A stretch of DNA of 64,000 bases from Amoebidium appalachense. Lineage: Eukaryota > Protista > Ichthyosporea. The translations under genes were made by a program, and so were the position numbers. Of the stretch, positions 53,919-64,000 are shown piece by piece (within the stretch, counting starts at the first letter, position 1; each line of letters starts with the position of its first letter). Under the pieces are notes generated by a model. That model saw nothing but the letters and a program-made list of their open reading frames with translations. It was not told the origin of the DNA and did no database searches. Location of the stretch: positions 10,599,962 through 10,663,961 of the forward strand of contig CAVNZM010000007.1 in assembly GCA_963693365.1 (NCBI GenBank). The letters are read 5' to 3'.

Positions 53919-54365
53919 CTTTAGCACCCTCTACCCTCACCCCTTCATCTCCAATTCTTTTCACGCACAAAAGATGCTTTAGACAAATGATCATGAATTC
54001 AGATAACTGTATCATGCTTACTATTATTGATGAATTTGACGGCCGCTTACCCCATCATCAGTAATAAATCTCTGCCACTGTTCTCAGTGCGTAAGCTTAC
54101 ACTCACCACCATGCATGGCCTTAAAAGACATGTAGGTACGTGCATTGCTGATAAATATACACAAGCAATGCAACTATCGCCTCTTCATGCGGGGCAATCC
54201 CCACACACCCGTACACGCCGACACCAGCAAACCCCATTCCCACCCAACACCACCACCACCACCCCGCCAGTATACTGCACATACACCAATCACCACCTTC
54301 GAGCATGGGATTCATTTTTCTTTTTTTTCAATTTTTATTTCTTGATAGTGGGCCGGGCTGGCCGT

Positions 54366-55421
54366 CTACTTGTTAGTCTTGAAGTACTCAAGCAGCACAT
54401 CGACGGCAGGGGAGTGCACCCCGTAGTCCTTCACAACCACACAGCTGCAGTTGCGCACCTTGCGGGGGTTGCCCTCCTTGTCGATCTTGCACAGCCCAAC
54501 CCACTCCCCCAGCTTCTTGCCATCGTCCACCTGAGGAAAACAAAGTCATGACAGGCCCAAGTGCATGCACCAAGACACAACACACACGGAAAAAAAAGAG
54601 AGGTCAAACAAACACTGCAACACATTTCCTTTCCCTTTCCTCCGAGGGGTGAAAAGGGGGGGAGTGGGAGGGGATTGATACATGAAACTGTATGCCGCTT
54701 GCTAAGGCATGTGCCGTCCTGGTCATTTGCTCTTCCCCTGTCTGTTCTTTCTTTCGCTCTACTATTTCTTGCCACCCTCCCAAAAAACTGTCACGTACAC
54801 CATCCTTTTCTACATCCACACAAGCCCAGAATCGTATAATAATCAACAGTCCAATCACGTGCGCGTAGGAAACCACCACACCCCCCCATGGCGCCATCAA
54901 CGAACAACACTCATTGCCACCCATTCAACCAGTGTGCCTGCCGACATACCAGACACTTCCATCACTCTCCCTTGCCACATTGCACACAACTCCCATCACA
55001 CAGCCTTCCCCCCTCCCCCCCCCCCCCCCCAAAGGGACCTTCCCTCCGGGGGAAACCAAAAATTCCGTTGAGCAACCCCCCCCCCCCCCCCCCCCACACA
55101 CACACCCACCCACCCACACCTCATGAATGCTAATACCAGTACCAAAAAACCCCACCGACCCCCACCCCCATATCGGTACGAAAAAACTCCACCAATCCCC
55201 CCCCTCCCCCACCACCACCACCACACACACACCCACCTGGATGAGGTTGATCTTGTGCTCGGCACACAGGGCCTCAACCAGCTGGACATAGGCAGGCTCG
55301 TCGCAGCTGGACGACAGGACGCAGAGGTGCGCCTAAGTGTGTGTGTGCATGTGTGTACGTGTGAGTGTGCGTACGTGTGAGTGTGTGAGTGTGTGTGAGT
55401 GAGAGAGAGAGAGAGAGAGAG

Positions 55422-55457
<36 letters not shown>

Positions 55458-55625
55458 CCTGTGTGTGTGTGTGTGTGTACAAGCATGGTATGTATGATTA
55501 GCTGTCTGATAAATTCTGAAAGCAGACACTGCCAGTCAGACCGAGAGGTTAATACTTCAAGTGTGAATAAAACACTTGCTGACGTGCACTCCATGGTGCA
55601 GAGTGACACTTTCACTTGTGCATGT

Positions 55626-55656
<31 letters not shown>

Positions 55657-56304
55657 GGGGTTGCTGCCCCGTGCTTGTGGATGGCCAGTGTACGGTAGTG
55701 CCTTGATGTACATTACAGTGCGCGTGAGGAATGTCGCACTTCCCAATACAAGCACTTGTAACTCTAGGTTGTGCATCTGCCCTATCGAATACGTTGCCAA
55801 CAGCCAAAGCATAACAACCGCTGAAGGTATAATCCCAGCACAGTGCCCTCCCCCCGCCCCTCCCTCCCCACCCGCCGCAACTCCAGGCCCCTCCCCCCAA
55901 CCAACCTGCATCACCTCTCCCTCCCAACCCTTCCCCTTCCTCCCACATCACTTCCCCATCTCCTTCCACCCCACCCCCCGCCCACCCCCTTGCCCCCAAC
56001 CACCACCCCTACTGCCAAAGCACAGAAAGACCCACGCCTACACAAGCTCACCGACCACTAGACCCCCCTATCAGTACACGTATGATACCCCCTCCCTCCC
56101 CCGCCCCCCTCCCCCCTCCCCCCCTTTTACCTGGCGGCGGTCCAGAGCCTTAGCGCCCTCGTGCAGGCCCCGGGCCAGGCCGTCGTGGGCGAGGGCGTTC
56201 TTGAGGACCACCTGCAAGGCCGTCATGACGTCCATCTTCTCCGTCTCAACTACGACGGGGGCAGGTGCGGGGGCCGCAACCTCAACATCTCCTTCCCCAG
56301 ACAT
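54366..56304 (-). CDS. RPS12: 40S ribosomal protein S12 (eS12)
   Basis: Exons 56304-56131, 55332-55237 and 54530-54366: [104 protein letters not shown]. There may be a short 5'UTR intron (GTACGT..GGCAG) just upstream of the ATG. Confidence 0.97.
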
Positions 56305-56517
56305 GGTGACGTCCTCGCTGCCCACCCCGCCATATTAATGTGTGGGTAACGAACTTTCAACGCACGTACGTGCTCTTGCGGTGGCTATACAAACAGACTA
56401 GGTGAGTGCGAGTCGAGGAACGATTCTATTATCCTACGAACAAGTCCCAAGAGCACTGACGTAACCCTTGTCTAACATGATCATACCGAGGCGGATCCAG
56501 CGACTCCCTACCCCCCC

Positions 56518-56548
<31 letters not shown>

Positions 56549-56858
56549 AAAAAAAAAAAAGGGGATAAATAAGGCAAGGCAAAATAGGCATAAAAGAGCT
56601 CTAGCAGAATATCTGAGAGTAGGGCAGGCTTACATGTGAGCGCGGAGGCTAAAAAAAGGTCTTTTGCTGGTTTGAAACCAAAACAAAAAGGACTGAAGCG
56701 AAGGACGTTGTGACGCACATGTACACCCTAGTACCAACATAAATAGAGCAAAATAGCTAAATTCAACAGCCGTTCTGTGAAGCAAACTTTGTTCTCTCTT
56801 GAAAATTTTTGTAATTTAAGATCTCTGAATGTCAGTTCTGGCCACGTTGGTGAGCCAC

Positions 56859-56870
56859 CGTGACGTCACG
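56859..56870. promoter_or_regulatory. Palindromic CRE/ATF-type site in the RPS12/LRR bidirectional promoter
   Basis: CGTGACGTCACG is a perfect 12-bp palindrome containing TGACGTCA, about 80 bp upstream of the ATG at 56948. Confidence 0.45.
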
Positions 56871-56947
56871 ATTACGCTATTTCCTTTCTTTCTTTGAAGC
56901 CCACACCCAACACTGATTACCGCCAAAGCACAAATCCTTATGTTACT

Positions 56948-57740
56948 ATGAAGCTATTCTCTAAACTTAAAAAGAAGGAGTCCAGCCCCGCTGGGTCGGT
57001 GCAGGGGGCCGGTTCCGGTCGGCTGTCCACGGGGTGGCAGTCGAAGGAGGTTCAGGCCAAGGTGGCACGCCTAATATGGTAGGTGCCGTATATGGAAGGG
57101 GGCTGGCAGGTGTGATTTAGAGCTGGCAGAAGGGAGGCAGGGGAGGGGACCAACCGGAGGGGAAGGGGGGGGGGGGGGGGGGGGGAGGGGGAGAGGGGGG
57201 AGGGTGGAGTGGAGGGGGGAGGGGGGAGGGGGTAGGGTAGTATTTAATGTTGAAGATAGAATTCATGGCCGTGGGCTACAGAACGAAGTCGGATGCTGTG
57301 GCCTCCGTCAAGGAAAGGTTCTGAGTAGGTGGATGGGTGTCAGGGGTGGAGGGATGCCTGTGTGAACATATAAACACCGGGGATCTAGAGGTTTGAAAAA
57401 CACACACTTTATCAACATGGGGCGGGCTCGAACGAGTAGTACATGGACCCATGAAATTGCGGGGTAGGAAAACAGTTACAAACGCTTGCTTGATCTGTTT
57501 GTGCTGGCACTTGAATTTTCATGTAGTGACTCATCAGTGGTGCTGGGGGTCACAGGGAGGCAGAGCAGTCACCCAGCGAGGTGGTAGATCTCTCATACTG
57601 CCAGCTCGAAAAGGTGCAAGAACCGGGTGTTGATGGTGGTGGTGATGGAGAGGGTGGGAGGAGGGGGAGGGGGGAGGGGAGGGCGGTGATGGCGGTGGTG
57701 GTGCTGGTTGTGGTAAGAGGAGAGAGGGTTAGGGAGGGGT

Positions 57741-57780
<40 letters not shown>

Positions 57781-58081
57781 GAAAGTAGGGATCAGGGTGA
57801 TGCGTGTTGTGTTCTCGTGCGCACACCTGACAAGGTGCTGATCACCACACACGGGTGCTGGGTGGTAAAGGAGACCTGTTGTGTTGGTTGCCCATTTTGC
57901 ACTTACGCATAGCGGTAAACAGGCAGGTTGTGCTCGACACGGGCTTCCCATCTTTAAGTTGTGAGGAAACCCATTCGGGTATGGGTGTTCCCGTTGGTCT
58001 ATCACCAGGAGTCTTTTTTTTCCTCCACCTGTATAACGTGTCCGTCGAGATTCCGGTAGGGGAGGGGATTTTTAATGTTTT

Positions 58082-58139
<58 letters not shown>

Positions 58140-59500
58140 GTATGTATATATATATATATGTACACACACACACACACACACATATGTATGTATTCTGCGG
58201 CGCGGGGGGGGGGGGGGGGGGGGGGGGGGGAGAATGGTATATTAAGAGGATAGCTGGCATCCCTGCTGGGCATATGGATTCTGTGACTTGCATGGCTGCT
58301 TATTGGCTGGGGGTCACGTGCACAGGTGCCCGACCAGGTGCACGGCATATGCACTACAGGCGAGAAAAGGTAAACCCCCCCCCCCCCCCAAAAAAAAAAA
58401 AAAAAAAAAAAAAAGCCCCCCCCAACCCCCAACCGTAACCCCGCCCCCCATCCCCAACGCCCCACCCCTATCTGCTTCGTGGATGGGGAGGTAAATTGCT
58501 GTTTGCACCCTCAAATTCTTTTATCACGCGACTTCAAGGTGCCTGGCAATGGCAAGTAATTTAAAACAGCATGCTTTGCGTGACTCCCCCCCTCCCTCCC
58601 CCCCCCCCCCCCTCCCCCGGCCCCGCCCCCCGTGGTCTTAGGCAGGTTTTTTTGCTTGAAGAAGAGCTACATCTCCACCTCTGTTTTCGTAAGTGTAAAT
58701 GAAACAAATCGGTGTATCCGATAGTTTCGAAAAATGACTGGCCCTATATGGCACTATCACACTGCACCAACCATTGATTTACCCTTCTTGTTTAACCCCC
58801 TCCAGGCACTGCTTCTCAACAACAACGAATTGAGGGTTTTGGACCAACGTTGCAAAACATGGCTGCCACTGACCGTGTGTTATCCCCCCCTCCCCCTCTC
58901 CCCCCGGTCTCCCCCTCCCCCCTTCCCCCCGGGATGCGAGTGCAAAAATGAAAGTATGAGCACTAAAATAGGTAAAAGGAATGCATATGAGCAAATGAAG
59001 TTAGAAGAGGAAACTAAAGAGTGTGACTCCATGAGGGAAACCAGACCTGTCACCACTAGTCTATGATATGACAAGTCGTTGACTGAATGGTGATTGGCAC
59101 CATCCACATGGCCAGAACAGATTAAAGGGTGTTGTTGGTGCTCGCCTTCTACTGGGCACTATTGCTGTTTACGACTCAGTTTTATGTTGAAGCCTTCTTA
59201 TTGTTATTTTTTTTGAAGCCGTTTACCATGCGAGTTATGTGCCTGCAAGCACCCCCTGACTGTATGGTTGCAGAGGCTGGAGCTACGGCACAACCAGCTG
59301 ACTGAGCTGCCCAGAGAGCTCGTGGCCCTGGTGGCTCTCAGGGTGCTCGATCTGCAGGTGCGTGCCTGGATGTGTTGGCGGGGAGGGGGGGGGGGGGTTG
59401 GGGGTTGTGTGTATGTGTGGTGTGAGGGGGAGGAGAAGGAGGAAGAGGTGCATGGTGGTGGTGGTGTGTGCGTGTGTTGCGGGGGAGGGGGGGGGGGGAA

Positions 59501-59544
<44 letters not shown>

Positions 59545-61280
59545 TGCTGTGGGTGGGGGGGCTGGTGTTTATGGGTATAGGGGGTGGCTAGGTGGGTGGG
59601 ATGTGGGTACAGGTTGGGTGTTAGGGAAGGGGGGGGGGAGGAGGGGGGAAGGGGGGGGGGGGGGGGGATGAGTGTGCATGTATGTATGCCCTTGACAGTG
59701 TGTTTGTGTAGGCCTCCCGCCCTGTGTGGGTATGACTGCTTGTGGGCAGAAGCGCAGCACATGAACGTGTGTGTGTATGTGCCTGTGAAGGTATGTTGTG
59801 TGCCCCTATCTGTCCGTGTGTGTGCCTGTGCTCACTTTGTGCTCAGGGCAATCTGCTGACGGGGCTGCCTGCCGAAATAAGCAACCTGGTGGCCCTGGAG
59901 ACCCTCAACCTTAAAGGTACATTGCCTAACATGGAAGTCGGGGTGTTAACAGATCAATCTGCATGTGCTAGCTGTTGCTTTAATTTCTTGGCCCTGCTGT
60001 AATCATCAACCGCATGCGGTTTAAGGCCGTGTATTCTGGTGCATGTCCAATTATGGGCATGTATGTGCCTTGCTATGGCGCACACGGTTGCTGTCGCCTT
60101 AAGTCATCTCATACCCCATGCAAGCACTGACCCCCCCTGCAGATAACCGAATTTCACGGGTGCCAGTCAGTATCACCGAGCTACCCCACCTGCAGACTAT
60201 GGATTTGGAAGGAAATCCATTGGTGGATCCCCCCCTGCACGTAGTCTTGAGGGGCACAGAAGCAATTATGGTCTATCTGGTTACTGGTACGTGTGGATAC
60301 ACTTGTATATGTGTGTGTTGGTGTTGTGAAGATACTAAAGTGTTTTGAAGACAAGAAAAGAGTGTGTGCATGTGGGTATGCATATTTGACATTGGGTAGG
60401 TGTATCCGTGTGGCTGAGGTGATATTAGCATGACGAATTTGCTTTCTTTTCTTTTCTTTTCTTTCTTTTTTTCCTTTCTTTCTTTCTTTTTCTTTTTTTT
60501 TTTTTGGGGGGGGGGGGGGGAGGGGGGAGGAGGGGGGTTTCCCTCCAACCCTAAATCCTCATGTGTACTGCAGAAAAGTATGCCAAGTACCGTGGCCCCC
60601 TCAAGTCCGTCTATCTCCACCAGACTACTCCTACCGTGGTGAGCCCCCCCCCCCCCCCCCCCCCCCCCCTCTCCGTGCGTGCTTGTGAGCCCCCCTTGCC
60701 CTCTTTCCCCCAGCATTGTACGTGGTAACTTGTGCACCAAGCCCTCCTCAAGACACACCCCCTCCTCCTCTCCCCTTCTCCGCGCCTTCTCCCACCCGAA
60801 CACGAGCGCATGCCCTTCGTCTGTGGCCTTGCTGCAATTTTGTTTCTAGAACATACCGGAGGGGATATAAATAATGGACACACAACACACCGTACACAAC
60901 GTGTGTTGTGCTAATGGCTGCCACCCACACAGACATATGGTGGTGTGGAGGGCTCAGCCACAAGCGGAGGTGTGATCAGTCGCAAAGAGAGCAAGGTGGA
61001 TGCACCCAGACGACTGGAGCAGGTTCTATGGTAGGTAGGTGGGGGAGGGGCACACATATGGTTTCACGTATGTGTATATACGTGGTGAACGGGTGTGTGT
61101 GTGTGTATGTGTGTGTGTGTGTGTGTGTGCAGGCGACGTTCAGAGTTCACTTGTGTCCTACTTCTTTTCCTACTTTCAGTCGCTGTGTCTCAAGTGTTGT
61201 TGATGTTGCCTGTGCTGGTGGGTTGTTTTTATTTTCTTTTTTTCTTTTCTTTCTTTCTTTTTTTTTCGGAACTTTTTTTT

Positions 61281-61311
<31 letters not shown>

Positions 61312-61559
61312 GGCTAAGAACCAGGGCGGGATTTTGCTGTGGGTGCGTGTGGACTGACAGTGGGGTAGGGAGGCTGAAAACTCACCATCAGAGGTGGTGG
61401 ACTTGTCGGGGTTGGGCCTGGACAAGGTGTGTGTGTGTGTGCCTGTGTGCGTGTGTGTCTGTGTGTGTGTGTGTGTGTGCGTGTGTGCGTGTGTTTGTGT
61501 GTGCGCGCACACGTGTGTGTGTGCGTGTGCGTGTGTGCGTGCGTGTATGTATGTGTGCA

Positions 61560-61591
<32 letters not shown>

Positions 61592-61621
61592 TGTGTGTGT
61601 GTGAATGTGTGGGTGTGTGCA

Positions 61622-61716
<95 letters not shown>

Positions 61717-61763
61717 GTGTGTGCGCACGCGCGCGCGCGCGCGCGTGCGTGCATGTGCGTGCA

Positions 61764-61851
<88 letters not shown>

Positions 61852-62487
61852 TGTGTTTTCTAGTGTCCGATATTGCCTGTATGGGTGAATGTATGTGCCG
61901 TGTGTGCTTATGTTTTATAGCATACTTATTTCATTATTATTTTTTTGGGGGGGGGAGAGGGGGGTGGGGGGGGGGGGCTAAATTTTTTTGTTATTTTGTT
62001 GCTTCTTTTTTTTTTTTTGTTTGGGGGGGGGGGAGGGGGGGGGGGGGGGGGGGGAGGGAGGGGGCCGGGGGGAGGGGGGAAGAGTGTCCTTGCTTGTGCG
62101 TTGGGATCTGATGTGTGTGTACGTGAGTTGCATGCAGACATGTGGCCATGCACACACATGAGACACACACACGAGTGCCCGTGTGCCTGCACGTGCATGT
62201 GACTGACCGTGCTCTGTGTCTCTCCATCCCAGGTACCTGAGCAGGCTTTCAAGATATGTGTCGATGAAAAGCAGGTGCACAACCCCCCCCCCCCCACCCA
62301 CCCACCCCCCCACCCACCCACCCACCCACCCACCCACCCACCCACCCACCCACCCACCCACCCACCCACCCACCCACCCACCCACCCACCCACCCACCCA
62401 CCCACCCACCCACCCACCCACCCACCCACCCACCCACCCACCCACCCACCCACCCACCCACCCACCCACCCACCCACCCACCCACCC

Positions 62488-62545
<58 letters not shown>

Positions 62546-63127
62546 ACCCACCCCACCCACCCACCCACCCACCCACCCACCCACCCACCCACCCACCCAC
62601 CCACCCCCCACCCCCACCCCCCCCCCCACCCACCCACCCACCCACCCACCCCCCCACCCACCCACCCCCTTCCCCTCTACGGGTACCCCCAAACCCCTTG
62701 GCACCTTCCAATGCTCTTGCGCTGTGGTCCAACATCCATCTGCATGCATAGAGCATGTGGTTGGCTGGTGGGGAGTGTGCCGTGGCTTTTATCTTGCATG
62801 GGTGGTGGCTGGGGCGCTGGATGTTGTGTTACGTGTGGGTTGGTTTCGAGACCATGTGTGTGCAAGTAGGTTTCAGCGTGTTGGTGTGATAGGCACCACG
62901 GGGCAATGTGTGTGCTCACGCGTACGGTACATGTCTTCCATCCAGCACGTGCGGACATACACACGCACACACGTACGTACGACACACGCACACACAGTGG
63001 CACACACACTGACGTGCACACACGTACACGCACGTACACACACACCACGCACACGCACACGCACACGCACATATGTGCACACACACACACACACAGCGCG
63101 CGCGCACACACACGCACACGCACACGG

Positions 63128-63172
<45 letters not shown>

Positions 63173-63609
63173 CGCTGTTGCTGAACAACAACCACCTAAC
63201 AGAACTGGCCGGCAGCTTTCGTCTGTTAACGCACATACGGGTATGGTATTTGCCCCTTAGCCCTTCCTCTGGGCCTCCCAGACACTATTGATTGTGCTTT
63301 AGCAGTTTGGGTCACTGCAATGAAGTATAGTGCCATAGTGGTTGTGACGTGACCTGGGCTGTGGGGTTCACACTTTTGGCACCCATCAGAAGTGTTAACG
63401 TTGGTGCCTGTGTGGCTGTGTGGCTGTGTGCCTGCGCAGGGGTGCCTGGGTGCCTGATCATGCCCGTGCCCCTGTGTCTGTCTGCACATGCATGCCTGGA
63501 CCTGATGTGAGGTGGTGCCTTATAGCGGCTGGAGCTGCAACATAACCGATTGAGCAGACTGCCCGACGACCTTGCAGAAATGGAGAATCTGAGGGTGCTG
63601 AACCTGCAG
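56948..63609 (+). CDS. Leucine-rich repeat protein with two tandem LRSAM1-like N-terminal modules (3' incomplete)
   Basis: Exons 56948-57078, 57556-57613, 58326-58369, 58806-58874, 59274-59357, 59847-59916, 60143-60286, 60574-60638, 60933-61030, 61369-61426, 62233-62274, 63172-63240, 63526-63609. It has LxxLxLxxNxLxxLP repeats and an LRR cap [16 protein letters not shown]. The N-terminus [10 protein letters not shown] and [13 protein letters not shown] resemble LRSAM1. Exon 3 is 1 nt short of phase 0. Confidence 0.85.
62290..62665. repeat. (CCCA)n microsatellite with an embedded poly-C run
   Basis: Long CCCA tetranucleotide array within an intron of the LRR gene. Confidence 0.9.
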
Positions 63610-63746
63610 GTGTGTGTGTGTGGTTCTGGACGTGTATGTGTGTGTGGCCCTGAACATCCGTGTGTCCTTGTATTAGTCTGTGCTTTGCACGTACGTTTCC
63701 TTGCCATTGTGTGTCCCTGTGCTTGTGTGCAGGTGCCCGTTTGTCT

Positions 63747-63786
<40 letters not shown>

Positions 63787-63912
63787 AAAGGGTGTGTGGA
63801 TACATCTTTTTTGTGTGTTGTTGTCTTATGGCAATGTGTGTTCATGTGATTCGCCACAAGGCCGTTGGCAAAACTGACTCTATATCCATGTGGGTGGCAT
63901 TTGGTCTCACTG

Positions 63913-64000
63913 CCATACTAGGGCAACTGAAACACTACCATATTTGGGCAGCTGAAACACTACCATACTAGGGCAACTGAAACACTACCATACTAGGGCA
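63913..64000. repeat. 25-bp tandem repeat running off the window
   Basis: Unit CCATACTAGGGCAACTGAAACACTA, about 3.5 copies, no spacers. Confidence 0.85.

Overview
This is intron-rich eukaryotic nuclear DNA. The animal-like gene set suggests a unicellular holozoan, possibly an ichthyosporean (inference only). Introns are full of (CA)n/(GT)n, (TC)n and poly-G/poly-C tracts, so nearly all ORFs in the supplied track are repeat artefacts. I assembled exons by hand from GT/AG boundaries and phase. This gave ten protein-coding genes: the 5' part of an unknown gene (-), a WDTC1-type WD40/TPR protein (+), an SV2/SVOP-type MFS transporter (-), an intronless secreted ricin-B-lectin/FN3-like protein (-), VMA21 (-), ATP12 (+), ZNF277 (-), a NYN/LabA-domain nuclease with a repetitive tail (+), RPS12 (-), and an LRSAM1-like LRR gene whose N-terminal module is duplicated with its introns (+, runs off the window). 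Eight of these genes form four head-to-head pairs. Non-coding features include several MITE-like inverted-repeat elements, a 1-kb element bounded by palindromic repeats, a three-copy dispersed repeat and several minisatellites. Three 1-nt frame breaks at homopolymers are probably assembly errors. I found no convincing CRISPR array, rRNA, tRNA or autonomous transposase. No computation or database search was run, and family calls rest on recalled motifs.
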